Origin: Chrysomallon squamiferum
Lineage: Eukaryota > Animalia > Mollusca
DNA: 64,000 nt
Reading direction: 5' to 3'
Assembly: GCA_012295275.1 (NCBI GenBank)
Contig: CM022671.1
Span: 9,114,001-9,178,000 of the forward strand
This document shows positions 27,281 to 40,884 of this stretch, one piece after another. The notes beneath the pieces were generated by a model. The model was not told where the DNA came from. It searched no databases and saw nothing but the letters and a program-made list of their open reading frames with translations. Position 1 is the first letter of the stretch; the number at the start of each line of letters is the position of its first letter. The translations under genes and the position numbers were made by a program.

Positions 27281-30200
27281 TGCATATTATGCATGCATTA
27301 AAAAACGTTGTAAAGCTATTTTTTGTTATTTCCTTGTATGAAACCAAACCAATACCAAGTTAATTGTTTTTCTGATTAATTAATATTTTAGACATTACTT
27401 TTGAAAGGTTACTACAACAAATGAGAATTTCTTCAGAATATCTATTTGTATACTAATTATTTCTTCTTAGAATAACTGACCCATTTTGCAAACCAATTTA
27501 ATTTTCTAAATATAAAAGTAAGATAGATTAAATTCTGAAGATGAATTTTAATATGATTTTTTTTGGAGCATCTACTCTGTTTTCTGTTTGCTTCTTTATT
27601 ACTCTGTTATTTCTTTTATTCTGCTCTTCATTCATGCTGTTTTTTACTAGTATTTTATATTTTAATGTTCTTCTTTTACACTCTGCTTTATTTTCTTCAT
27701 ACTTGATATTCAGCTCTACTGTTCTCTCCTTTCCTTTTCACATCATCTCCAGATTTTTCTTTCTTCACTTTTCTTTTCTTTGTTTTCTTCTCCATCCACT
27801 GTATCTTCTTTTCACTCACTTTATCTTCTTTTCAATCACTTTATCTTCTTTTCAATCACTTTATCTTTTTTCACTTGCTTTAATTTCATTTGACTTACTT
27901 TGTCTTCTTTGTACTGAATTTATTTGCTTTTGGCTCACTTTTTCTTTTTAGTTGCTTTATCTTCTTTTCACTCACTTTATCTTATTTTCTCATGCTTTAT
28001 CCTGTTTTCAAATATTTTATCTTTTCTTCATTTAGTTTATCTTCTTTTAAATCAATTTATATTCTTGTCAGTTACTTTATCTTCTTTTCACCTATATTAC
28101 CTTCTTTTCACTCACTTTATCTTCTTTTCACTTACTTCATATTCTTTGAACACACATTATCTTTTCTGTTGAAAATCTTCTATTTCATCATTTCATTTTC
28201 TTCACTGTTTAATTGTTTTTTCTTCTCTTACTCTGTTTTTCTTCATTGTTACTCTCTGCCTTTTCTTTTTTTATTGTTTTTATTATCTTTCTTTTTCTAT
28301 TTTTCTTTTTGTCACATTTTCTTTTTTGTTTTGTTTTGTTCTTTTTTTCATGAATTTTTTGCACTGAATACCTTCAAACCAACTTTTATTAAATCCTGAA
28401 AATCACTAATCGTTATACTGGGTAGTTTACAAAGCTAATAAAAAGAGGATGAAGGTTTAAAAGTTAGATAAAGAATTAAATAAAATGGAGTTAATTAACC
28501 ATAAAAGAAAGATCAGAGTATTAATCTGGTTTGATTAACCTAAGAAGAACATACTGATTACCCAGTCTATATAAAATATAAAATTTTATGTTTTCTAATT
28601 TTGGTGTAATAAGCGTATATATAGATTTATGTGTAAAAAAGAAAAACAATGTGAGAAGAACTTCATAAAACATGGGAATACATGTGCTGTGTGTAACCAG
28701 TGTCAGTAGATGGACAGATATAATTAAGTATGTTGAAGATGATTACAGATCTCTGTGTACTTTGTCAGGTTTCAACCTCTGGCTTTTTTCATCTCTAATC
28801 TCCGATTCTTTTTTCTTTGTCAAAATTTATAAATCCTTTTCTGGTAAATGTAGCTGAGAGTTTTAGAAGAATTTTTTTCTTTCTTGCTTTACTGGGTTTT
28901 TTTTTTTTGTTGTTTTTTTTGTTTTGTTTTTAATTTTAATTTATTATTAATATGATATTATATTAGGATTTTGTTAGTTATTTTTTATTTATTTTTTTTA
29001 ATATTTATTTAAAGAAAAACTAAATTTACTATTTCTTTTTAAGCATTTCTGTATTAATATATTAATATTATTATTATTATTATTAATATTTTATAATTAT
29101 GTATATATATATGTGTATGTATATGTGTGTGTGTTTATATGTTTGTGTGTGTGTGTGTTTATCACACTCTTCTCCATTATTTAACAATAAATAAAAAATA
29201 GGATATCAAGTTTTGTTAATCTTTTTTCAGATTATTATTAATGAAAATTCCCTGTTTATTCAGATTATTATTAATGAAAATTCACTTTTTATTCAGACTG
29301 TTATTAATGAAAATTCATTGTTTATTCAGGAGAAAGTCTATTTCTGGCAACTGGAAGGCTAACACTGGATCAGCAATGCTTGAGCAGATAGGAATGAATG
29401 AAAGGTTTGTGCATTGTACCAGAAACACATGATTTTATTTCGACTGGCCTAAGTTTTAAATTTTAATCATTAACCTTTCAGAAAAAGATAAAAATAAATT
29501 CTCTACTATATTTTATTAATTTTAATAATCTCCTTTATTGAACAGCAGTATATTACTAAATTTTAATTATGGAAAAATATTCCAGAATTATAAAGTTTTT
29601 ATTTTAATTATTTTGTTTCATCTATAATGTTGAATAAAAATATGAAGAAAATTTTTGATCACAAACTGTAATATTTTATTTTAATTATTCTTTATCATTT
29701 TTATTAAACCTTTTACAAAGTACAATTCTTTTAAAATATAACTTTATAATTTTTATATTTTAGTCAGGGAAGATTTACATTTTTATAACAAAGACTGAAA
29801 AAACTTTAGTATACTTTGAAATTGTTTTATATTAATTAAAGTTATACATTTCATTCTGTTTCAAAACCTCCCATTACATTCAAATTCTAAATTTGTCCAG
29901 TGTTTAATACCAGTTTGAAAGTCACAGCTTTTCTATTATTCAAGCAGTTTTATCAGTTTGCTACATTTATCTGACTTAGCATGTTTTAATGTGAAAGGAG
30001 ATGATATTTTGGTTTCTGTGGAAACTGGCTGACATTTTGCTATTTGAAACAGTCTGATATTTTCATGAATATTTTAGAAAACATATTTTTTATTTATAAA
30101 GTTTAATATATATTAAAACAATAATAATAATAATAATAATAGATAATTATATATTACAATTTAACTATGTTAGTTTTGAAATAGTAAGATTTTCTGTAAC

Positions 30201-31750
30201 AAATAAAATCAGTGAAAAACAAAACAGAAATCAGTGAAACAAAACAAGAGAAAAGAAATTCAAGCAGCTTTGAGATGCAGTTGTCACTGACATTGTTTCC
30301 TCACTGCTCCACACACCTCACATTGCCAGTGTTGATATCATTTTACACGTTTTGGTTAAAACAAATAATATGTTAAATGATATCCTCTATAAAATGCACA
30401 TTTTGGGTCTGATTAGGTATTTTTATGCATCTTGGTCTGATGTATGTTTGAGAACTGTTTGCTTTGACCACTGTATTAAAACTTTCTCAGTGAAATTCAG
30501 TTAACAGTGTGATATGGAATGAACAGAACTAAAGTTAACTCTGATGTTATTTCAGGTTTAAACTCTGGGTGGACGAATGCTGTACAATGTTCGGAGGGTT
30601 GGACATGGTGGCAGTAGAAGCAATACAAGGAAAAGATGGAAAGGAATATATTATTGAGGTTTATTGTCAAGAAATTATTATTTTTAAAATAAACATTGAC
30701 AAGTCTTTAGTAATGTAGAAATATCTACGAAAATAAATAATATTTATTATCATCATCTTGACATGCAGATAATGATAGTAATTATAATGATATCACTGTA
30801 ATAACAGGAATACTACTACAATTGTCATCAGTATCTTTGTATTATTCTTTCTTTTCTTTTTTTTAAATTAATTTAAATATCTTTTATATAATAGGTTAAG
30901 CTGATGTTACTCAGATTTGTTCAGTATTACTTTATTATGACAACATTTTTATATCCTCAAAATTTAAATTTCTGCTAATGTAAATAAAATTTGCAATAAT
31001 TGATCATCACTCAACTGCAAGACATTTCCAGTGTTAAATGAGAAATACTTTTGTGTTTATTAAACAAACAGAAACTAAAACAAAACATGTTGTAGTAACC
31101 AGAAATCAACAAAGAAAAAATATATATATTTTTTTTTTGGTAAAAATAAAAAATAATATAAAAAAAAACCCAACAATTTACTCAAAAAAAACCCCAACAA
31201 AAAACAAAACAAAAAAATACAAAAAATTTCTCCAAACAAAATCGGAAATCTCACAAACTGACTTCATCACTATGTCACTGATCATTTATCCTTTTTCCTT
31301 CTATCTCTGACTACAACAAGATAATAACTTTTCAGAATGTTTGAGCTTAACCACTGAGACAGAAATGTTGTAAAACCCAGTTAACAGACATTAACGGTGT
31401 TGTTGTTGTTACTGTTGACAGATAAATGGTTCAGCCATGACGCTGCTAGGTGAAGCCCAGGAAGAAGACAGGAGACATATTGCAGAACTTGTTTTAGCAA
31501 AGATGGAGACTCACTGTCGGCCTGTGGCTAATGTTCAGTAAGTTTTAATTGTGTTCTGATAAAAAAAATTAAATGATTGGAAATAAAAACGGAAGTTTAA
31601 AAGTTAGGGAATTTTTAATAAAATTTTTTTTTTTTTTTTTTTTTTAATATAATTTTAATTTATTATTGTTATTATTTGGAGAAATTTTCATTGGAAATCC
31701 AGCAGAATACATACATATAAAAAATGGGTGTATGTGCATGTCTGAGTATA

Positions 31751-31787
<37 letters not shown>

Positions 31788-32991
31788 GTCTTCATATCCA
31801 ACTAGCTTTAATAGATACAATACAAACAAATATAAACAAATTAAGATCAAACTAACAATAACTTTTTCTGTTGTGTAAGTGGAATAAAAATTATCTTTAC
31901 ATCTGCATCACTTCTATCCTAATGGAAAGAGACTGAAACAAGCCATTCTATTATATAAAAACTAAAACACATAATGCATACTGCAAAAAGTCCCATAAGA
32001 CTGGGATGACAGATTGCCATAATAAAAATGGCTGTGCCCTCTTTTTTTGCTGTACTCGGTCTGTACATTATATGAATTTATTGATCTTGCAAATATTAAT
32101 TTGTATTTCAGAAAACCACATGGAGGTCAACATCACCCACAACAACATCAGCAACAATTATCAATGAATGGGAACCAAGGCAACATGGCATTACAGCAAC
32201 CTCCTCAAGGGAGACAACCTGATGGGTAAGGCTTGTAATATCTGTTTTTGTTTTTATTTTTATTTTTCTCCAATTCTATTATGATCAGAATCTGTTTTCA
32301 TTTTTACTTATCTCTAGTTTTATGGTGGATTCATAATGTCTGGTATTAAGATGGCTAAAAAGTGACTGAATTAGAGTTGCTTTAAAAAAGCATTTTTTAA
32401 AATAATTATTTCAAAATCTTTGGTTTTATATTGCTTTCGGTTCACGTATGCTCTGTATATTCTTGAAATTTATTATTTTATTATTTGGAACTGAACAAAC
32501 TGTAGCTTAGTTACAGAACACTTGACTTGTGTCTGAAGGATCACAGGATCACTTTTTTTAGTTCAGATTAATATTCCAGCTACTGCTCTTTGTCAGTTGT
32601 TAAGAAATCCATTGTATTTGCTTCTCAGATTCAAACAGTTGACAAGAATAGTCTGTGTAATAGATAGTTTATTTAATAATTTTGTAATCATAAAATGAAA
32701 TCATAAAAATGAATAAGAAAAAATTAAATATAAAAAAAAAATAATAATTTAAATAAAATTAAATAAATAAATAAACAAAACAAACAAATAAATAAAGTAA
32801 AACAATTAATAAGAATACATCATGTAATAGACAGTTTATTTAATATTTCTGTAATCATAAAATGAAATAATAATAAAGAATAAAATAAAATAAATAAATA
32901 AATAAATAATTAAAAAAAACATAAATAATATAAAATAATACAAAATAAAAAAATAAATAAATAAATAATATAAGTAATATAAAATATTTAA

Positions 32992-33062
<71 letters not shown>

Positions 33063-33301
33063 AATAATTTAAATAAAAAAAAAAATAAAATAAAATAAAA
33101 TAAAAACAAAGCAAAAACAATTTGAGTAATGAAATTTGTGTTGTTTTCAGACTGTCACAGAGTATGAATGCTCTGCCACAAAGACCGTCAGGATCAATGC
33201 CGATGCCAATTCCCAACGCTGGTGGTCGCGAGAGCACCGAGGAAGAAGACACAATGAGAAATCTTAGAAAAACTTTTGCAGGAATATTTGGTGATATGTG
33301 A
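1215..33301 (+). CDS. Syn: Synapsin, 5'-partial multi-exon gene (C, D and E domains): join(1215-1272,7870-7961,8345-8495,9672-9761,20572-20634,[23324-23466 or 25366-25508],29330-29404,30556-30658,31422-31537,32112-32225,33151-33301)
   Basis: Spliced translation gives hallmark motifs [77 protein letters not shown] and the E domain [13 protein letters not shown]. All introns are GT-AG with consistent phases. Confidence 0.97.
6400..6787. repeat. Degenerate CA-rich low-complexity tract
   Basis: (CA)n/(CATA)n mosaic producing the H/T- and V/C-rich ORFs. Confidence 0.85.
6788..7040. mobile_element. Possible decayed non-autonomous DNA transposon (MITE, CAG-ended, hAT-like)
   Basis: Left end CAGTGGTGTACA and right end TGCACGCCACAG are imperfect inverted repeats (9/12); C-run subterminal motifs; sits inside a CA microsatellite; no clear target-site duplication. 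Confidence 0.35.
7870..7961 (+). CDS. Syn: Synapsin exon 3-equivalent (92 nt) [31 protein letters not shown]
   Basis: ctccag|GCT...AG|gtgaga. Confidence 0.95.
8345..8495 (+). CDS. Syn: Synapsin exon 4-equivalent (151 nt) [12 protein letters not shown]...QFLDKPWV
   Basis: tttcag|A...GTG|gtgagc. Confidence 0.96.
8940..9300. repeat. Degenerate ~30-bp tandem repeat (catttc..atcaaaatattgtc.tgtaag)
   Basis: Recurring cores visible. Confidence 0.65.
9672..9761 (+). CDS. Syn: Synapsin exon 5-equivalent (90 nt) [30 protein letters not shown]
   Basis: tttcag|TTC...ATG|gtgagt; a second in-frame donor lies at 9776/9777. Confidence 0.96.
11521..11583. repeat. (TAATA)n pentanucleotide microsatellite
   Basis: About 12 perfect units. 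Confidence 0.95.
16388..16448. repeat. (GA)n microsatellite
   Basis: About 30 perfect units. Confidence 0.97.
20572..20634 (+). CDS. Syn: Synapsin exon 6-equivalent (63 nt) [21 protein letters not shown]
   Basis: ttgcag|CTT...AAG|gtgaga; ATP-binding loop motif. Confidence 0.96.
20880..21230. repeat. Degenerate ~30-33-bp minisatellite (agtgataatatcagaaataaataatacacaatc)
   Basis: Recurring gtgataatatcagaa core. Confidence 0.8.
23324..23466 (+). CDS. Syn: Synapsin exon 7a (143 nt, mutually exclusive) [47 protein letters not shown](L)
   Basis: actcag|ATG...TT|gtaagt; open frame, phase 0 to 2. Confidence 0.95.
25366..25508 (+). CDS. Syn: Synapsin exon 7b (143 nt, mutually exclusive) [47 protein letters not shown](M)
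   Basis: acgcag|GTT...AT|gtaagt; same length and phase as 7a, 26/48 aa identical, no stop. Confidence 0.93.
27790..28145. repeat. Degenerate 20-bp tandem repeat (actttatcttcttttcactc)
   Basis: Repeated ctttatcttcttttca core; explains the spurious F/S/L-rich ORFs. Confidence 0.8.
29231..29329 (+). repeat. 3 x 33-bp tandem repeat, each unit ending in ttattcag, directly before synapsin exon 8
   Basis: attattattaatgaaaattccctgtttattcag and two variants. Confidence 0.9.
29330..29404 (+). CDS. Syn: Synapsin exon 8-equivalent (75 nt) [25 protein letters not shown]
   Basis: attcag|G...AG|gtttgt. Confidence 0.95.
30556..30658 (+). CDS. Syn: Synapsin exon 9-equivalent (103 nt) [34 protein letters not shown]
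   Basis: tttcag|G...GAG|gtttat. Confidence 0.95.
31422..31537 (+). CDS. Syn: Synapsin exon 10-equivalent (116 nt) [38 protein letters not shown]
   Basis: tgacag|ATA...CA|gtaagt; end of the C domain. Confidence 0.94.
32112..32225 (+). CDS. Syn: Synapsin Q/P/H-rich D-domain exon (114 nt, symmetric phase 2-2) [37 protein letters not shown]
   Basis: tttcag|A...GG|gtaagg; frame continuous with both flanking exons. Confidence 0.88.
33151..33301 (+). CDS. Syn: Synapsin last coding exon (E domain) [14 protein letters not shown]...[18 protein letters not shown]
   Basis: tttcag|A...TGA at 33299-33301; canonical E-domain motif. Confidence 0.96.
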
Positions 33302-34072
33302 AACTAGAAAGCAACTGCCAACATACTGCAAATACATTTTTTTTGTGTGTGTAGATTCATTCCGTGTATGACATTTGCTTTGCTGGGAACCGTTATAATC
33401 TAGAGAGGCAAACATGATCTCAAAGCAAAGTGTTTTCAGAGTTGTTCATGTCTTCATGTTTACAGTAGCATTCAGTTTTTTCATAATCTTCTCTTATCTC
33501 AATTGTCTCTTTATCGATCAGCCATTCTCAATGTTGTTACATTTCGAGATGTTTTCTACTTACTTCTTCCCTTAATAAAACTAAGAGGGTGTTTATGAGA
33601 AATTAAAAAATATCCTTAAAGTGTTCAATAAATAATGTTTCTGTGAACCCCCCCAAAAAACCCACCATCAGCCACTTCATTACTGCTTCAAAAATCACTG
33701 CACAGACACACATATTTACTTATTTACTTTACCTTATGTTATTTTATGTTAAGAAAAAAAAAAAAAAATTTAAGTAGCTTCTGTTGTTCACATAACTAAG
33801 TGAAGATGCTCAAGGTGGTCAGTATTAATTAATTACACATTTTAACAGTACATTTTACATAACCAGATTTTTATTAATTTGATATATCTTCTATCAAATA
33901 TGTCAAAATCTGTATGATAAAAAACCTTACACTAAGAAACATTGAAGTAAGAAGACTGTTTGAACAAAGGCAGATGGTTATGTGTGAGTGTGTGTATGTG
34001 TGCAAGCATAACCATAGAAACAAGTATTCAAAAACACATGCATTTATAAATATACTGAGAGTCAAAAAGAAA

Positions 34073-34143
<71 letters not shown>

Positions 34144-36327
34144 ACAAACACACAGACACAAACCATACATGTACATACACACAAATGCAGTGAGAATGTG
34201 TTAATATAAGGCATAAAAATATATCGGCTCTTGGATATTACACAGTGTGTAAAATAATTGTGTGTTTAATATATCTGGCTACAACTTTTCATTGCTATAA
34301 AGATTAAACCTGAGAAAAGAGCTGAAACATTTTTTCTTTTCTTCTTCTTCACATTTTCACAGTTTAATATCTTCGATCACCTCTTTTCACTGATCTGTTT
34401 ACTTTTGAAATTTCTTTAAATTATTTTTTAGATTTTTTTTTCAGCTTTTGTTTTGTATTGAAGTTTTAATCTTCTGAAGACTAAACAATAATTATTCAAA
34501 TGATAATTATTTTTACAGAACACATTTAGAGTACAAGATATCATTTTAGAACAACATAGTTTTCATAAATAATCATTTTGTGAAATTCAGAACAGTGAAT
34601 TCAGTATTAGCTTAGGAATGTAATTCATCATTAGAAACATAAAATATTATTTCTTGAAATAATTTGTAAATTTCATTAAGAATGATTTATGTACATGCTT
34701 CATTGTCATCAGTATCACCAGTAATAAATGCTGACATGTATAAAATAAGAACTTACCAAATTATTTCAGTTCTTTCAGATGAGTGGCTTAAATGGAATAA
34801 ATAAACAAATATCCTCAGAGAAATAGAAATTTTCACAAGTAAATAATTCTACAGTTTTTCAGTCTATTAGCTGGCATTTAGGATAGACTAGCTTTGCATG
34901 TGATGATAATAGAAGAGTATTGAGCTTGAAGTGAAGTTATCTGTAAATCTTTAGCCATAGTTTCTCATCTGGTAACCACTATTTTTCTTCCTTTGTCAAA
35001 AAAATTAAATATTTTGTTTTCAAAAATATTATGACACTGTTAAAAGACAAGACATACATTATCTTCCTTTTGATTCTTTATTCATTTAAAAATTAAGCTG
35101 GTCATAATTTTGTATAATATAAAAGGAACAAACAAAAATTATTAATATGATACCAGTGTCAGTTCCTAAATGTTTAATGTACTTTGGTGAGATTTATAAA
35201 TAACTGACTCTTGTTTTGTTTCAGAATTATCTCCCTTTTAATTTCTTGAAACAGTAAATAGCTTTTAATAAAAGTGATTTTTTTCTTCTGTTTTAAATTC
35301 AGAATGAACAGTGTATAGAGATGTTAAAGATTTTAGAACATTTAAAGTGTTTATTGACATTATAGAGCGTTTAAACTGTTTAATGATTATTAAAATATTA
35401 TATAAGCAAACAAAATAGATAAAAATTTAATAATAACTATTTGTTGATATTATTTATTTGATAACATTAAAATATTTAATTAATATTCATTAAATCTTTT
35501 GTACATTGAAATGATAGTGTGTTTGTTGCATGCTCTACTTATTTTAAAAGTAGGTTTACTATTATTCATTATGTAATATACTAGTAGTTATATGCAATAT
35601 GTACATTTACTTGACTTGTTTAGCAAGTTGTTTTTGTAAATAAATAACAACATAACCGAGTGTGATATTTTGATTAGCCTATAGTGAGTGTCATTTAACT
35701 GTTTTACTGACATCTACAAAACCAACACTGTCAGGTGATTATTATATCTACATAAATTGTGATATAATTATTATACTGACATCTATGTAATCTGCATAAT
35801 CAAATATCATATAATAAAATAATAACAATACCTACATAATTGTCAATAAAAATGTGTTTGATGCCAGCATACCTGCATAATAATAATAATAATAATAATA
35901 AGTATATTGTTATCAATATAACCAAATGCCATATGAAAACTGTATTGGCATCAACATAATTTAATGTTATACAATAATTATATTGATACCAAATAAATCA
36001 ATGAATTTAACAATCATATTGGTATCTACTAAAACAAATGCCTTATGATAAGTATATATGATAAAGGGGCAAATAATAATGATACTGATATTTAAATAAC
36101 CAAGAATTATAGAATGATTATATTGATGCATAGATAACCATGTCATATAATAATTACATTGGGCATCATATAAAAATAATACTGATGCCTGCATAACTGT
36201 CATTTAATAATTAATACAGATGCATGATCATTCATTTATCTTGTTTTTTTTTTAACTCACATATTAAAGCTTACTGTGTAGATATTTTTTGTTGATTTGT
36301 TCTAATATAATAGAGTTGAACTTGTCT

Positions 36328-36372
36328 AATAAAAATAATGCAAATGATAACAACTCTTGTGTTTGTTTTTTC
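36328..36372 (+). terminator. Candidate synapsin polyadenylation signal
   Basis: AATAAA at 36328 followed about 25 nt later by a GT/T-rich element; several other AATAAA occur earlier, so the assignment is uncertain. Confidence 0.3.
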
Positions 36373-37984
36373 AATGTGAATGTTGACAAATCACACTGAA
36401 TCGGGCCTCATGTCAGGCTTTGGCTCTTTGGAGTTATGAACATTTTCAGGATCAGTCACAGATTTAACTAATACATTTTTATATAACAGAACTAGGCAAA
36501 CTAAAAAAAACAAAAACAATAATAATAATTAAAAAACACACAAGTTAAACTACATTTATAAAATAACCTGTTTTATCTCAACTGATTCAGGCTAATTGGT
36601 TGCTTTAAACTGTACATGGGAGACAACTCTTTACAACTTCAAGTACAGCTTCTTAATGCATTTGCTTCCCTTGTTTGTGATTTGCATCCTTTACCAAACA
36701 TTTTTGCCAAGAAACTCTGTCATTATAATCAGCATAAAAAACATTGTGTAGCTCTGTTTAATACAATCCATGTAACTGTAGAATGATAGAATTTTCACCA
36801 CAAAAAAACATTCTTATGGATAACAATTACATTAGCTTTGAATGCCAGTTCCTAAGTAATGAATTCTAAATGCTAAGTGTTATCAGTTCAGTAAGATAAT
36901 ATCACACATAATAAATCATGCCGATTCACTGCTTGCAAGTTATGGGTTTATAGTAAGATCAGTTTTGAATGTATTTGTTAGATCTGCATGAGGTACAAAA
37001 GTGGGAGTAATATAATATTAAGAAATACAGGCACATAATTCTCTTTAAGATAGCCAAGATGTTGGGTGCAGCAAGGTGCTACATAGGGGAATTTCTTAAA
37101 AAGGAAAACAGGAAAGGGCAGTCTCAGTGTATTGGGGTATCTACATAATTTACAAAGGTTTTACTATCTTTTCATTATTCATTTATAAAAAAGAAATTTT
37201 AAATTTTTTTTTGTTATGCCTTCTTTTTTTTCTTTCTTTTTTTGCACAGGTATTCATACTTTATTTCAATTTGTGTATATTAGGTTTTAATGTTTTCTTC
37301 TCAACATATCCTAATGACTTTAAAATTTGTCCCCAAAGATCTCAGATTAAGGAAATTTGAAAAATATCTGTAGGAGTAAAATTATTATCATTTTTTTAAA
37401 TAATTTTTTTTTAGTGTTATTGAGAAAAATATTCTTGTATCATCAGAATTTGAAGTTTATAAATCAGAATAAAACAATAAGATTTAAAGCTTTTTAATTT
37501 TTTATTACTTTTATGTGCATAAAACCAATTCCCAAACCACAAAACAACATATTTATCCACAACTTTATATATAAATAATCTGTAGTGTTTTCATTTTTTT
37601 TTTACAACAAGAAAATAGAAACAAAAACATAATAAAAAAGAATTTCTACTTACTTGATACTTAACCGTTTGTTATAAACTGTGAATGTGAGTTGATTTTA
37701 AACATATTTCTCAACTAGAGAGGTTTAAATAGGTTGTTAATTTTTAGATAAATATTTTTTAGAAATAAAATATAAAATAGAAGCTAATCATTTTAATTTA
37801 ATTACTGCAATTTAATTTGATCGTATTAATTTCATGAATTTGTGTTCGTGTGTGTGTATCTGGTCAGTTTATTGTTACTGGATACAACAATTTACCATTC
37901 ATACTGAATGTACAGTCATATAAACATAACATTATTCATTCAGAATACAAATTTCATTTGACAGATCACACTGAAAGTATTAAT

Positions 37985-38460
37985 ACGTGATAAACATTTG
38001 TTATACAGTATTATAAATAGTTACGTTGTACAGTATTGTAAACATTTCAATTTTATATTGTACAGTACTGTAAACATTTCAAGTTTATGTTGTACAGTTT
38101 TATGAACATCACAGCTGTATAATTATACTAATAAAATGTACAAAACATCTAACTCATAAATACTAGATGTTTGCCTTTTATGAGTATACACAAAACTCTT
38201 TAATGATGACCATGTACAAAAACATTTGAAGACTAGCTCTTTGAATACACAAGCCCTAAAATGTGTATTATTTGTACAGAATATCAACATCTTTGTACAC
38301 AAGGTCCTGATTTCTGAAAGTTTACTGATATAAAATATAAATATCTTGACAGTCACTGTTTATACAACATGTACAAACACCTGAAGACTAGCTGTTTATA
38401 ATGAATATTCAAATACTTTTTTAAACGTTTTTTAAACACCTAATGGATGAACATTTGATC
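37985..38460. repeat. Degenerate ~33-bp tandem repeat (ttgtacagtattgtaaacatttca)
   Basis: Recurring tgtacag/aaacat cores between the two convergent 3' ends. Confidence 0.6.
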
Positions 38461-40884
38461 ACTAAAAGCAATCACTGAGGTCAAAGTTCAAAATGTGTAC
38501 ACTCAGCTGAAGGCTTACATTTGAATCTTTAAATACAAATATATATAACTGTTTGTGTATGATGTAAAACGATAAACAGATTTCAACTGTTTATAAATAA
38601 TATACTTTTACTTATCTGGAAACATAGAACTTAGTTAGCAATGTATTTTTAAAATGTTCTACTAACATCTGATGACATTAACTCAAACAAAATGTTTTCG
38701 TAACATCTTTATGAAGTGTGTTCATGTGGAGTGTGCATACAAAACATTCTAAGATTTAAATACAAATTTTGTACATTATAAAGACATACACTTTGCACAG
38801 TATCTAAATATTTATATTCATTCAATTCTTAATCATATGAAAATTTAATACAGGATAGGTGTTTATAAGTTTACAAATCATGTAGGATATGGTGTTATAT
38901 AATTTTATCATTTGCTTAAGTAGAAGAATCATTTGAAGTAATTTAAACTTGATATAATGTTACATATTTGTATCAAATATATTTGAAAAGTAATATTCAT
39001 GTTACATACAGATGCATAAAAAAGAGAAAATTCGAATTTGACCATTTTCATTATTTAAAGGCCTTTATGCTTTAATATTTTACTTTCAAAATATCATATT
39101 CTTTTCTGCTCAAATAATATTATTAATATTACTATTATTAATTTATTATTTTGGGAAGATTCATTTTTAATATATATCTATATACATGTATATATATGTA
39201 TATATGTATATGTATATATTATTTTTGAAAACAGAATATATTTTAAGTAAGTTAAATACTAATATTTTATATGACTAAAATAAATCATTTTAATTATCAA
39301 CAATTAATCACATCTGTTTTGATAACAATAAAGCTTACACACCTAAACCATTACAAAATATATATGTATAATGTACAAACAGAACATTAATTTATTTTAC
39401 AATAATTATAAGAAAAAAATAAAGAAAAAACCCACAAGTGTTAGACGGAGTGACTACAGACAACAGAAAAAATCTTGACAATACTGTGCAAATAAAACTC
39501 TCTATAAATAAACAATGTGCAAACAATTAATAACAAAATGTGTATCTATGGCTAATTTGTTTTTATTGTAGTTATATGTGCACATGTCTGTCTGTCTGTC
39601 TGTGTGTGTGTGTCTCGATGGGTCTGTATTGTGCAAGTCTTTTTGTATTGTGTGTTTAAATGTATGTGTGTATATTTTCTGGTGCCTATGTGTGTGTAAG
39701 TATATATGTATAATAATCAGGCACGACTGTTTACTGTGTGGGTGTACATATATGTGTGTGTGTGTGTGTGTCAAATATTGTCAGTGTGTGTGTATGTGTA
39801 TTCAGAATATTCTTTGACACATACGTTAATAAAATGAAAAAAATATATTTATTTTTGATGCTATTAGTTTTGGCATCTAGTCAAATTTAATATGTTAAAG
39901 TCACAACAACAGTTTAATTAAAATTAAGAAAAAATCTAAAGTAGAAAACATTAATATTGATAAATATTTTTTATTCATTCAGCTCTGGGCTCTAACATTG
40001 CACATTCATTTTTCTTTATCATTCCAACTACAGTAAACAGTTAACAATAAAAGTGAATTAACAGAAATTTTTTACCCTTAAACTGGTGTTAGACTGCAGA
40101 TTTAAATGTCTTAATTACAGCTTTTGATATTCCAACATAATAATAATAATAATAATAATTCAACAATAACAGTATTAGTAATTTACAATAATTCCAAAAT
40201 TCTTTTACAAAATAACAAATGATAATAATAAAAATATAAAAAATATCAAATTTAATAAAACAATTTAAAAATTCAGTTTAACTTGTCACTGTCCTTATTT
40301 TAATTTTTGGTATAATCTGTATTTGAGAATAACATGATATTTTTAAAATGCCAAAAGCTGTAGGAACTGAAATAAATGAAAAAAGAACACAAATTACTTC
40401 TCTCTTTCTTTTTTTTAATAAACCAATATTACCAATGTATGTATATTTTTTTAATAAACCAATATTACAGATTTTCAGCTGAAAACAGAAAAAATAAAAA
40501 AAATAAAAATAAAAGAGAAATAATTTTTATTATTTGTATTATTATTACCATTAATTTCTTTTTGTTTTTATTATTTTTTGCTATCATTATTAATATTATT
40601 GTATATTATTATAACTGTTATCATTATGTTGGTTATTATTATTATTATTATTGTTAATAATAATGATGATGATAATAATATCATCATTACCTTTGTCATT
40701 TTCATTTTCACATTCATTATCATTAACTTCATCATTATCATTATTATTAGTGCTTATTAAAATCAGCAATCCAATTTAACCCCTGGTATGCTCTGGACAA
40801 AATACTAAGATCACTTAATTCAGTTTCTCCTGATTGGACATTGAAAATCTGCATAGAGTTGTTGTTGATCACAGTAGTAGTCCT

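Noticed and set aside
27541-28399. 136- and 169-aa F/L/S-rich ORFs
   Set aside because: Products of a pyrimidine-rich 20-bp degenerate repeat; no homology or exon logic.
20635-29230. A third copy of synapsin exon 7
   Set aside because: No further FQDIA or VQKIG-like coding segment found by eye.
32990-33085. Long poly(A) runs as a possible retroelement tail
   Set aside because: Embedded in A-rich low-complexity intron with no element body or target-site duplication.
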